A model generated the notes under the pieces. That model was not told the DNA's origin. It searched no databases and worked only from the letters and a program-made list of their open reading frames with translations. A stretch of DNA of 64,000 nt. It comes from the human T2T-CHM13v2.0 reference genome, Homo sapiens. The stretch lies in the NCBI RefSeq assembly GCF_009914755.1, contig NC_060931.1; one strand, written 5' to 3'. Positions 50,184 to 64,000 of this stretch are shown here, in pieces (position 1 is the first letter of the stretch; each line of letters begins with the position of its first letter). The translations under genes were made by a program, and so were the position numbers.

Positions 50184-53100
50184 AGTCTTAGGTCATGAGT
50201 CACCTAGCAAGGAGCTTGGCTTCCTCAACAGGGAGTGTTCCAAGTGATAGAAAGTAAAAATGCCAAATAGGTATAGCTTCATCTCTGTATTATGACCAAA
50301 GCAATCAGATTCATAAATTCTACTTCTTGTAGGGAGAATGTCAAGAATTTGTGACTCTCTTTAATCTACCACAACCTCTTCAGCTCCATATTCTAGCTTT
50401 TTATTATTTTGTTCTAAGTTACTTATAATAGCATGTCTCTTTTCTTCTTTTGCCTACAAGTTATTTGAAATATTGTTATTATTCTCTCTTTTTTTAACTT
50501 AATTTTCTAAAGTGTTTTTTTTCAGATATAATTTTAAAATATTTTCTATTCTTAACTCTTGGACAAAATACGGCCCACACAAAGTCAATTTTTTGAATTT
50601 TTGAGATTTTCTCTGTGACTTAATGTATATTTATATCTACTAATTCTAAAGGAAATTGGTTTATTGAGCTACTCAAACTATTAATTTTATTCATTAGCTT
50701 CTATTTTACCTCTATATTTTAAATCATTCTACTTATAAAGTGAAACTTGTCTGATTAAGTTATTAGGTATATAATCAACTTTTATTATAAAGCAATATTT
50801 TCCTTATGTAACACATTATTAATAAATCTATATTATTTAATAATAATACTAAAACGTATGCATCACATCTATCTGGTTTTTATAGTCTGTATGTGTTGTA
50901 CTGAAAAATTTGTCTTCTTACTTGCCTCCTTTCTTAAAATGCTTTCTCTTTCAGTTAAAGCACGGTATCTGATTTTTTCATTTCCATAGGATTTGGACCC
51001 TCCTGTAGAAGAGAATAGACATTCAAATTGCTTTTGAAAATAACATTTGTTTTATCAAAAATAAATATACAAAAAATAAAAATAAAATTCTTCAATCAAT
51101 ATTCAATCCTAAATGTCCTTAATGTTTCTTTTTTATTAGCAGTTCAAACCATTTCCAGATTTTTTTTTTACCAAAACTATAAATAACTTATACATTTGAG
51201 TTAAATTTTCTCTAGACTTACTCCTTGTGATGAAGGATAAAAGTGATGAAATTATATTTAATTTTAAGAGGCCTATTGCAACAAAAATCTTGGTCTTAAA
51301 AGTGGAAAATAAGATGTCTACTGCAAAAAGGCCTGTGTGATTTAGAAGCTTGTTTTCCTATATATATATGTGTATATATATTTTTATATATACACATATA
51401 AATTAGAGAAAAAATAAATTCACTGAGATTAGAAGAAGGTAGGAGCAAATGGTCAAAATTTTCCATAAAGAAGAATATTATTATTACTTTAGGATTACTT
51501 ATCTGTACACCGATTGGTAAATAGTCTCTTCCCCACTGCATAGTTTTAATTTTTAATATTGATCCTGTATGCATGCGTATGTAAATAGAATCAACAGAAA
51601 CATACACTAACCATGTGGAGGTCTAAAAAGAGTGACTATGAAAAAAGTCAAACATCCTTAAATTTGGAACAAGCACATAGTCAACTGCTTTGATGGTGCC
51701 AAACCTGTCCTAGGACTTTATGCAGGAAAAATTAAAGAAAGTATCACCTGCATGTTACTCAAATGAGCCCTGGGCTCTTTGGGTACTATGTTTGTGCAGA
51801 AAAAGAAAACAGAAATGAAGGAAGTGAAAGAGGATAGAATAAAAAAGAAAGTGAAGGAAGAGAAAAGAAAGTGAAGGAAGAGAAAGGAAAAGAAATGGTA
51901 GACTAAGAAAGAAAATATATTTTTACAGGAAATTTAAATCAATAAGATTAAGTAGAGATCTATAATAGCTGAACTTTCTGTGTGGATGACATATTGGTAT
52001 ATTTTGTGTTTTTATATATCTTGCCTTTTATTCATACTTAACAGTGATATATTATTTTTAAGAGTTACATTCAGTCATAGATACAATAAAGGCTTACTAT
52101 TCACTATATTTCTCACAACTACTTAAAATTTGGCCTCAGCGACTAAACACAAGATGAATTCCTACATCTGCTACAAAACTGTAATAATTGCAGAAATGTT
52201 GCCTAGGAGAATTAAGTCTCCAAATTGTAATTCTTCCAAAGTCAAAAACAAGAAGCAGCAACAAATACCAAAATATGAGGAAATAGGTAGGTTATTTGCA
52301 TACAGCAAATAAGAAAGCATATATCAATGTAACCACTGTATTCCACATAAAGAATCCTTGATCACTCAAGGTGAACTTATTTAAAGGCTGACTACATATT
52401 CTGCTAATATGAAAAACATAAACATCCATATTCTGAAAGGAATACAGAAGCTTTTTAAGTAGCTAGACTTGTTTGCTTCAGAAGTTTTTTTTTCTTTATA
52501 TCCTTTGAAATTTGTGGAAATCTGTGCTGGTGCCCCTGAAGTAGAAAGTTTTATCGGCTGGTGGTCAACCACAGTTCAAAGAGGCACTTGTATAATCTTA
52601 TTTTAGGATGGCAGGGGTTTCACATAGCAAATTTAAGAAAAATGTCCCAAAAGGCTGCTTAAATAGCTAACAGCAGCAAGTCTGCATGACAGTCAGCAGA
52701 GAAAGCACAAGCTGTTGGGTAGCATTGCTTTCAAAAAGCTCTTACCTTTTGGATGGAGAGACTTGGAATGCAATATTTTGTTTCTTCAGAGTAAACCCTT
52801 TTTCTTAGCTTCTTGAATTTAATTGTCACAGGAAATGCCTTGGTATACGGTTTTCTCAGTACCCTTTGAGATAGTATAATTGTAGAGAATACTTAATCTA
52901 ACGATATTTGATTGCTGTGAGGCTAGTTATATTATTTCAATTCGGCCATGTTATTTAAAAATCAGATATGAATATATGTGGTTATACATTGTCATTTTAT
53001 TATACCATCATTAATCTGAACCCACTAAATAGAAATTTAAAATAAAATTGTAACTCAGATAAAGCAGTCCTATAAGTATTCAGGTTCCCAAATAAATGAA

Positions 53101-55032
53101 ATTCCTAACTTCTCTTTGATAAAAGAACTACCAAATAAATAATAATGTTATTTTAATTTTTCCGAATATAATTTCCTACATAATTGTCCTACTTATAATA
53201 ATATACTTAGTATATTTACTTTTATAAAATTAATTAACAACATTTATTCTCATCAAGTGAGAAAAAAGTTCTAGCTTATTTTTGAAGTGCTGGTGGACAT
53301 ATTTAGAAAATAGAATGCAGCTATTTTATAGCGGTTGGTGATAGACAATAATAATATTCATAAAAAGGATAACAATATTACATCATTATGTTGATATCAG
53401 TATGCATGCTTTCATAATTTTCTGATTTTAGAATTTCTCTTTGTTCCACTATATTTTGTGCTAAACACAAAGTTTATGATGAAGTTCTACTATATTTTGA
53501 ATACTAGAATAAAACACTTTTGCCATAATTAATAAATAAATTCTTAAATGCTATTTGAATGACAGTAAGATTTATCTATAGCTCTGTAATATGGTTGTGA
53601 TGCCATGACATACATCATTACTTACTCTTTCACTCCCCGCCGTACTTTAAGATGTGAGGCTTTTTATTAATATCATAATTTTGCTGATCTCAGATATAGA
53701 TATTTTCCATTAATTTCCTTGCTTCAAGTAGTTGAGAAAAATCATATTTTCATTCATTCAAATTTGTTTACATATTTTTCTATTCTCAGAGGTAAGAAAA
53801 TTTTTGTTTGAACAATTAAAATATAAATTTATTTTTGCCCCTCAGGATCATGTGTCCCCAGTGAATACTGGATCAACAGTGTGAGAATTGGATGGGTGAC
53901 GGGGAGATGAATTAATCAACAATAGACTTTAACATGACACAAAATAATTGCTCTATTTAAGAATATATCAAGTTATCTAGTTTGTGAAACAGAAAACCAG
54001 TCACTGGTATCTTTATTTGAATATCAATGATATGTCACCAAATTCATTAGCAGTCCTCTGCACATCTCAGTATTTTGATACCAATGAGTCAATAACATTT
54101 CTGTAGGTGCTAGTGTGTTCCATTGAATTAAATAGGTACTATATTGCTACACTTTCAGATAAATCCATTACATTGGCAGCTTTATGTCTTTTTATACCTC
54201 AATATTGATTCACAATCATATTTTGATTGTACAAAATGATAACATTTAAAGATATGATTTTAACAGAATGTATAATATGTGTGTGGAGAAAGAGAGGGGA
54301 AATGTGAAAACTGTTTAAAACATGAAAGTATTCATAATATCTTGTATTACATGACTGAATAGTCACTATGCAAACTTGAAAGCTATCACTAAGAATATCT
54401 TGATTAAGGATACTAATGAAATTCTGTCATTTAAAATTTAATCTGAAATTCAAAACGTGAGAAAAAAATCTCTATGTTCAGTTAAAGAAATTGCAGAAAT
54501 TGATTTTGAGAGAATCCCATCTTGTGGTTTCAGAGGAATAATAAATCACTCTCAGTTCTATCATAATGTTGGTGTACTTTGTTCCTTATAAATCATTATA
54601 GACCATAGGCTCTCATTTATAGGGTCAAAAGGCTATACACTGAGTAATAATTCAGAGATTTTTTTTAAAATCAAGTTTTACCCATTGAGTTCCGTAATCT
54701 TAGCAACTGTTACACTCCCTCCCTCCTCCTGCTGCTCCATCAGTATTCAACCAAGTCACCAACACAGAGCTAAAAGCTAATAGGAACTAAGAAGCTAAAC
54801 AGACACACAGGTTATTCTACCATCAGAAAATGGGGAAAATCATATTCTTCACCTTGTGAAATTTTAAAAGCCTAGGAAAGGAAGAAGGAATTTAATGTAT
54901 GTAGAGTAAAGAAAGGTTATCTAAAGCAGACTACCTAGGCTGTCATATTTTTTCAAAATATAAATTACCACATTAAATGCATTCTCCATTTCTCTAAAAA
55001 AAATGGGATTCTCCATTTCTCTAAAAAAATGG

Positions 55033-57171
55033 CCTTTGGGATTTTTATTGGGATTGAATTGAATTGCTTTGGGTAGCATGGATATTTTAACAATATCAAA
55101 TCTTCCAGTCTGTGAACACAGGCTTTTTATTTGTTTGTGTCTTCTTTAATTTCCTTAATCATTCTTTAGTGATTTTCAGTATATAAGTTTTTCATCTTGG
55201 CAGTTTAATTTTTTTCCTAAGTATTTTATTCCTTTTGGTGCTATTGTAAATGGGGTTATTTTCCTAAATTACTTTTGAAGTAGTTAATTAGTGTACAGAA
55301 ATGCTACTTATTTTGTGTATTGATTTGTTTCTTGCAATGTTACTGAATAAATTTATTGGTGTCAACGGGTTTTTAAAGAAGTCTTGTCAATGAAGAACAA
55401 ACCTGGAGGCATCACATCTCCTGATTTCAAAAATATATTAAAAATCTATAGTAATTTAAAATATGGTACTGGTGTAAATACAGACATATAGACCTATGGA
55501 ACAAAATAGAGAGTCAGAAACAAATGCATATACAGTCAGCTGATCTTTAACAAGGGTACCAAGAATGCACAATGGAGAAACGATAGTCTTTTCAATAAAT
55601 GAAGCTGAATAAACTGGATATCCACATGTAAAAGAATAAAATTGGACCTTTATTATCGTATTAAAAATTAACCTAAAATGGATTAAAGATCTAAATGTAA
55701 GACCTGAAATTGTAAAAATCCTAGAATAAAATGTAGGGACAAGCTCCTTGATATTGATCTCGGCAATGATTTCTTTGGATAGGACACCAAAAGTACAGAT
55801 AACAAAAGCAAAACTAGATAAGTGAGATTGTATCAAACTTCAAAAATTCCGAAAAGTTCCACAAAGCAAAGGAAATAATCATTAGAATGAAAAGGCAATT
55901 TATGGAATGGGGAAACATATTTGCAAGCCAGGTATCTATAAAGGATTAATTTTCAAAATATGTATGGTAATCCTACAATTCAATAGCCTAAAAAGTGGCC
56001 TAAAGACTTATAGATGTCTCTCCAAAGAAGACATCCAAATAACTGACAGGTATATAAAAATATGTTCAACATCAGTAATCATCAGGAAAACACTGGTAAA
56101 AACCACACACACACCTACAAAAATTACCTCACACCGGTGAGAATGGTTGTAAAAAAAAAAAAAAAAAAAGTCTAGGCACAGTGGCTCATGCCTGTAATCC
56201 CAGAACTTTGGGAGGCTGAGGTGGGCGGATCACCTGAGGTCCGGAGTTCAAGACCAGCCTGACCAGCCTGACCAACATGGAGAGACCCTGTCTCTACTAA
56301 AAACACAAAATTAGCCAGGCATGGTGGTGCATGCTTGTAATCCTAGCTACTGGGGTGGCTGAGGTAGGAGAATTGCTTGAACCTGGGAGGCGAAGTTTGC
56401 AGTGAGCTTAGATCGCGCCATTGCACTCCACCCTGGGCAATAAGAGCGAAACTGTCTCAAGAAAAAAAAAAAAAAAAAAAAGAAGAGATAAGTTTTGGGG
56501 AGGATGTGGGGAAATTGGAACTTCTTTTGCACTGTTGATGAGAAAACAAAATGGCACAGCTGCTATAGAAAACAGTTTAGAGTATCCTCAAAAAATTGAA
56601 AAATGGAACTACCATATGATTGAGCAATTCCACTTTTTTGATACTTATGAAAAAGAATTGAAATCAGGAACTTGAAGAGTATTGCCCATGTTCATTGCAG
56701 CATTATTCACAATAGCCAAGATATGGAAACAACCTAAATGTCCATTGATGAATGAATGGATAAAGAAAATATGACATATACATATGATGAAATTTTACTC
56801 ACCTTTTAAAGAGAAGGAAATTCTGCAATATGTACCAACATGGGTGAACCTGGATGACATTGTGCTAACTGAAATAAACGAGTCACAAAATGACAAATAC
56901 CTCATGATCTCACTTGTGTGAGTTATCTAAACTAGTCAAACTCATAGATGCAGAGAATAGAACAGTGGTTACCAAGAGCAGGGGGAAGAGAGAAATGGAG
57001 TGCTGTTAATCAGTACGCATAAATCTCAATTATGCAAGATGAATCTGTCCTAGAGATCTGCTATACAACATTGTGCCTATAGCTAACAATACTTTATTGT
57101 ACTCTTAAAAATTTGTTAAGACAGTAGGGCTCACATTAAGTTGCTTTTACCACAATAAAATTAAATTAAAC
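55033..57171 (+). mobile_element. L1MA-type element with inverted 5' segment (55033-~55385 on -), interrupted by an Alu
   Basis: AAGAACAAACCTGGAGGCATCACA ORF2 start on +; 3' end GAGATCTGCTATACAACATTGTGCCTATAG...CACAATAAAA; flanking TAAAAAA(A)TGG. Confidence 0.8.
56171..56481 (+). mobile_element. AluS-type SINE with GACCAGCCT duplication
   Basis: Full dimer and A-tail inserted in an A-run of the L1. Confidence 0.93.
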
Positions 57172-57279
57172 TAAAAAATGGATTCTCCAAAAATATGCAT
57201 TTGATATACCATTTGATGTTCTATAAATAGTATTCCATGGTAAACTTTATGAATTCACAATAAATTTCTTAAAATGTGT

Positions 57280-59150
57280 AAAACTTTTATTATGGAAAAT
57301 TTAAATGTATAAAGAAGTAGTGAGAAAAGCAAAATAACCTCTCATATAACAACCTTCACTTTAAGCAATTATTATTTAATGGTCAATCTTATTTCATTGA
57401 TACCCTAACCAATAAGCTCCTTTCTCTGGAACATTGGAAGTAAAGGTCTAATTTCATACATGCTTCCTGTAAATGCTTTAGAATATCTCTAAAGAATAAG
57501 AATTATTTATGTTATATAATACTCAATTCTTAAGAAAATTATAACATTACCTTAATGGTAATTAAATATCCAGTCAGTGTCGACATGTCCCCAATTGTCC
57601 TAAAAAGTTTTCTGTTTGTTTCATAGTTGGATATTTAATATCTTGATCTATATAAGGTTAGTATATTGTGACTAGTTGATTATGTCTAACATTTGGGTTC
57701 TCTCTCTCTTCCATTTGAGAGTAAGTTACAAGTGTGATATTCCATTCTTACTTTATAGTTTAATGTATATTTACTTACTTCAAGTTTGAACACAATTGCT
57801 TAAACACAATTAAAAAATTAGTTAACATTGAGAGAATGCTATAATGCACCAACCCAAAATATCAAAATTTTAGTGAAGATCAAATTCAGTATAGCACATT
57901 GCACCTAGTTGCTATGGCATTTTGTCTCCTTTAATCTTGAATATACTTTATCTGGCCATCACGAATCTGACATTTGAAAAGTATAGACAAGATTTTTCTT
58001 TTTCTTTCTTTCTTTTTTTCTTAAAGTCATTCAATTTTTTGGTTTCTCTGATGTTTCCTCATGAATATAAAAATACCAGGAATTCTTAGTAGAAATACCA
58101 AGAGATGATGTTTTATTCTTAATGCATCATGCTGGGAAGATTTTTGGATTGTACCATGACTGATGACATGAACCTTGATTACTGGTTAATATGGCATCTG
58201 CCATCCTATTCATTGTGGCATTATTGTAGCAATATTGTTTTGTTTTTTCTTTGTTTCATTTTTACTTTTCAATCTATAAGGAACTGTGGGAGGTACTTGA
58301 GACTATGTAAAATGCTGTTTCAGATCAAACATTCCCAATTATTTTTTTCATTAATGACTGCTGTGTGAATTAACTATTACTATGATGAATACAAAATAGT
58401 GGTTTTCTAAATCCGTTTGAGATGGAGTTGCAGAGGCTGGTAATAAATATTCTTCAAGTTTTGGATGATTCTGCTGTACAGAAGAGCTCATATTTACCTC
58501 ACAACAATTTATTTATTTATATAATATTTATGAGTAAATTTACGGATTTTTAAATTTTTATTCAATCTACTAACAACATTATATTTTGATTTTCAAATTA
58601 TCTAATATTGAGCTAGTGGAAGACCCTACAAGTGGGTTCGTTTGTTATTTTTAATTTCTAACATAAAATGTTCTAATTACATTTAATACTTCCTCTGTTT
58701 CAGCATGAGAATAAGACATTTCTCCAGTAATCCCCAAGTTCCTTAGTAAAGAAAGTAATTTAGAAATGTATGTGTGTTTGTATATTTATAAATTCTACAT
58801 GCTAGATGGAATTATTGCTATGGAATTTCATCACTTCTTGTCCTTCTCAACATACATAACTAGCAACTGTATGCATATATATCTATATTATCTATATCTA
58901 TATCTATCTTATTAGACATAAATTCATTCCAATTCAGCATCTCAAGCTTTATTCCAATTTCTCTTTTCTCTATGTTTAAAATAAACATATTGATATATTT
59001 CATTATTAGCTGCCTTAAATACACAGAAACTAATCTAAAATCTGCCAAGTCATATTGCTAAATATAGTCACAAAACCTATAATTGAGAATTCACTATTTC
59101 TTTATAAATTTCTTTTTTTCTTTTCTTCTGAAGGTGATATACAGCCAAAA
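57280..59150 (-). mobile_element. Highly degenerate L1MC-type 3' region
   Basis: AAACTTTTATTATGGAAAATTTAAA start and AACCTTGATTACTGGTTAA motif resemble old L1MC 3' ends. Confidence 0.45.
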
Positions 59151-59379
59151 TATATTGTTCAGAAGTTTTCTGGGTTATTGAATTCCATCACTTGTCATCT
59201 TCTTGAGGGCTTTTTTTCTGCAATTATCTCCTTTTACTAGCATCATCATTTTTATCTTCCTGCTTGTCCATTTCTATCAGCATACAAGGGTGCTTTCTTC
59301 TCATACATGTATATAATTACATTTAGAAATAAAAACCAGAGAACTTCCATTGGTACTTTTCTCCATTTATCTTCTCTTT

Positions 59380-60330
59380 TTCAAAAGAGTTAATTACATT
59401 CACTGATTTTCCTTTATGAATTTTCATGGCTGAAATAGACATTGTTGAGGTCATCAATGATTATTTGGCATGCTTTAATATTTAATTTTAACTTGAAACA
59501 TTTCTTTATACTTTCATGGTTACACTCATCTTGTTTTCTTTGCTCCTCATTGTACTCTCTTTCTCAATATTTCTACCCAATGACTGTATCTTATACATAG
59601 CTGTTAATTTAGAAAGACCTGTTCCTCTGTTCTGCTGACAATCTTTTCTTTAGATTATCTCATCCAGTTCTAAGTCTTAAAACAACCTGTGTAAACTGAA
59701 GACTCACAGATTCACATCACTAGCTATTTCCTCTTTTACTGAGTCTAAGCTATATATATCCACATATCTATTTGCTACTTCAGCTTGCATGTCTAGTACC
59801 TCAAACCCTGCAATGCTAGAGTAGAACTGTTCCCTCCCTTACACACATGCACACACACACTTCAATTCCATCCAAGGTTTATCTCAGTTGAGTTGCTTAT
59901 CATCCATTAGCTTCTCAGCTCTAAATTCAGTAAAACTTGGAGTTTCCTAAATCTCTCTCTCTCATTCCTCAAATCCAATCTGTAACTGAACCCTGATGTT
60001 TATAACTCTGAGATATATTCCAATTGAACCACTGATACTATCTCCACTACAGTTATTCTAGCCAAAGCCACAAATGTAGCTCATTTATTCAACTGCAACC
60101 CCCTTCTTACAGGCCTATTTCACTGCCTGCCTCCCCACAACACACACTGTATTCTATCACTAAGAAAGCAGAAGTGATTTAGTGTAAATCAGATCATATA
60201 ATCTCAACTTAAAATGTCTGATTTTTTTCCCCTTGAAACCTAAACAAAATAGATCTTTCATTCCATGAACCGTAAGTTGCTACTTGATTTGCTTTCTGCT
60301 TCCATTGTGACCTCCTTCCTTCAATTTATG
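59380..60330 (+). mobile_element. Degenerate L2 LINE
   Basis: CTCATCCAGTTC, AACTTGGAGTTTCCT, ATCCAATC, AAATCAGATCAT landmarks in L2 order. Confidence 0.55.
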
Positions 60331-61252
60331 TCTCCTTAGTTATCCAGGTTTTCCCTTTGAAACTACATAAGTAAATTCAGTTTAAGAGGAAAGAGTGCAC
60401 AATCCTATTTTACTTTCAGAAACAAGACAAGTTCTAGAATCCAGCCCTCATAATTTGAATAATAAAGTTGTCATTGCAATTTAATCCATGTGCTTAATTA
60501 CGTTTAAGTGGAGGAATAAAGAGTAATTTTATTCCCCCAAACCTCAGAAAAACAAATAGCTGAAACATCCATAGGGATTTGATCGTGATTACATGGCATA
60601 TTTACATTAATTTTAAAATAAATAACATTTTTACAATATTGTCTTGTGCTACCTAATTATGTGGTATATATTTCCTAGTATTAAAGCCACATTTGAGTTC
60701 CCCTAGTTCTGATTCACAGTTGTATTACAAGATTATGGTTCATGAATAAGGAGTGCTTACTATACGACAATAATCATGTTAAATAGTTTTCATTAATTAA
60801 CTCATGTTTCTACAATTTTTTCCTATACTTTTATTGTTAAATAAAAACCCCTAGTTGTTTGAGAGTGATCTAATTATGGATTAATAGAATGTTTTTAATA
60901 TTTTATCTTTTTATATTTAAGTTTCTCTTGCACAGTTTGTAATTTATAGGTGCTTATAATTTGGCCTATATTTTAAATACTCAGCTTTACTCCATTTACA
61001 TTTCTTATAATAAAATTATGTTTGATCTTATATTTGTCATTTTTGTGTGTGTGTTCAACTGCAATGCTTACTTAAGGTTTTACTCAATGTTCCCATATTT
61101 TTCTTTGTGTTTTGTGTTTTATATTATCTTTTAGGGAAATAGGGCACACATTTATAATTCCTCTACTGCAAACTCCTAGTTTTTCTTGGAGAATAAAATG
61201 TCTATTATACATATATTATTGTTATATATGGTCATTGAGTAATTATATTTAA

Positions 61253-61729
<477 letters not shown>

Positions 61730-64000
61730 TGACATAAAACCTTTTTAAAGTTAATTCATAGTAATGGCCTATGTGAAATGTGTAGGTAAACACTGCTCCC
61801 CAAAATAACAAAAAAACCGATTCTTTTAGAAAGAAGAAATATATGTGAATTACTGATATCCGTTATCAATTTTTTTCTATCTATACAGTGTTTGATATAC
61901 TTTTTTTTCCTCATAATGGTTAGCACTATTCCAACTCATTCCATTTCAATAGTAACTGAAGCCAATGCATCATCTTATCTCCAATTCTGCTTCTTTTAAG
62001 TCACTTTAGTCCACTTCTAGTAAATGGTTGGAAGTAGGCTTGACCTTACTTCATTTCCCAAAAATATGTGACCTTCAGTTATTTTTTTCCTCCTAAATTT
62101 GAATTCAAACTATTTTGGAGGTCTCCATTATGGTTATTTTGTTTGCTATTAGCGTACAGTTATTATAAAATAAAGACATATCAAACTGACCATTAATTAA
62201 AATTAATAGCTAAGTTTAATTTGAAACTGTCAGAAAAAAAATAAATGAGTTGTTTCTTCAAGAAAAGTTACTATTTTAGCTTAGCAGGGTTATTCAGTTA
62301 ACTTGATATGCATAATCTTTATTGTCAGTAGGAATGGCTTATTTTCTTCATATTTCTATGCCCCTGTAGATTTACGTGTTGGTTTTCTTTATAGCCTTTA
62401 TTTGTTCTAGGTCTATTATGATGTTGTTTTGTTTTGCTTCATCATTATGAGGAAAAACGACTACTCATCTCTACAGTTAGTTTTTTGTAGTCTTCCAGCA
62501 CAGAGGCTTATATTCTTTAGGGACCATTGTTAGAAGCAGCAATAGAATAAAACCATTCCAACAGGTTCTCAAATGTGCAAAGTCCCCAGATTGTGTATAT
62601 CCAGTAATTCAGAGATGAAAGAAATGACCTCCAAGAAGACATATTTGCAAATATTGACAGGTGTCCTTTCAAACCAGCTATTTTATTGTTCATTCACAAA
62701 AATAAAAACAAGCAATACCCATGAATCAGACAACATCATATCCAAACAATTATATGCTAAAAAAAATACCCTGGAATATGGGTATGCAGGGAAAACAGTA
62801 GAAGGTGCAGAATCTGTGTGAGGTCAGTCAATATTTGGAAATCTTAAACCTCCTTTGTATTTAATGCATAGGTCAAAAATGAAGATGATATTTTGGAACT
62901 GTTAAACAAGTAGGCACTAGATGGAGATAAAATCCAATCAATAAACAAATATTTCAACTTAACTTTTGATATTGAAAATGTGAAGGCTGGACCTAGGCAC
63001 TATTTTGGACATTTCAGTTTGGGTACATTATAGATATTTAGCAAAAATCTAGTTGGGTTAATAAGAGGATAAACTGACCTGTAAAATTAAATAAATTTTA
63101 GATCATCTTTAGTTTCCTCGAATAATGATAAATAATCTAATTTTGGAAAATTTGGAGACAGGTAGAAGAAACAATCTAAAAAAATACAGTAACAGAATTC
63201 TTTAAAGAATCTTCGGAAAGAATACTCATTTTTATGGATCTCGTTTTACATCTGAAATAAGTTGCCTGATGTTTTTATAAGCCTGTTTACTGACAACATA
63301 AGAAAATCTGACCGCACAAAGAGATGCTATAAGGTTATAGAAAGAAGTGACTATTTTTGAAGATATCAATAGGATAATTGGAAGATCTAGAAATACATTT
63401 ATAATACCTGTGTCCTATCATTTTAAACTCTCAGATCCTATAGATGGCAGCTAAATATTCACATAAAAGAAAGCAAAAAAAAAATATATATATATATGGC
63501 TGAGTCAATGTTACCCAGTAAAGTGAATGCTGCCAAGCTTGCCACATCTAATTCTAACAAAATGGCTTTGCAAAGAGGGAGTTCAGTATTGTAGAAATAG
63601 GTTATCCCTATTCATTATTTTGATATCTGTATTATGATATTATATCAGCTAAGAAATCATCATGTCAGGCCACAGAAGGGGAAGAGAAGCCTGCTGACTC
63701 AAGCTGCATGGTTCAACCACTTAGCTGGAAGTCTAACCCTAGAGTTAGTAAATTCAAGATAAAAACCCAAAACAAAACAAAATCAGAAAGTGTTACTGTG
63801 TTTCTATGGTTTTCTTTGTTAGACATGTAAATTAGAGGAATTATTGTTAGAGTGTCACCATTCTTAATTTTGATATATATCCTTGATCCAGGAAAATAGC
63901 ATTTACATACCAAGAAATTCTTCATTATAAAATGAAGGAAAAATTTGGCTGCTTTCTACAGTGGAAAGAGTGAATAACTTAAAATGTTATTCTTTACATT

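Noticed and set aside
51844-51890. 20-bp tandem duplication AAGAAAGTGAAGGAAGAGAA
   Set aside because: Ordinary slippage in a purine-rich tract

Overview
AT-rich primate (human or great-ape-like) genomic DNA with no recognisable host protein-coding gene. It is dominated by transposable elements. The main feature is a pair of same-orientation HERV-H proviruses only about 1.8 kb apart (3211-8987 and 10805-17360). They integrated independently: the 5-bp TSDs differ (GTGGT vs CTACC), the LTR U3 layouts differ, the pol deletions differ, and the primer-binding sites differ (tRNA-His vs tRNA-Phe-like). Provirus 1 sits inside an old Alu monomer and carries many Trp-to-stop G>A changes. Provirus 2 keeps a 295-codon RT-connection/RNase H frame and has a 63-bp in-frame duplication. 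A second complex locus (31.5-36.7 kb) joins a truncated THE1 to a partly inverted HERV-L gag-pro-pol; an LTR5B-like solo LTR splits the Tyr codon of its YIDD motif. The window also holds MER41B (one intact GAS site), MER50, THE1/MST/MLT LTRs, several Alus including a closely spaced inverted pair, two or three 5'-inverted L1s, and a ~400-bp polypurine Alu tail. Family names come from recalled consensus sequences, not from a database search.
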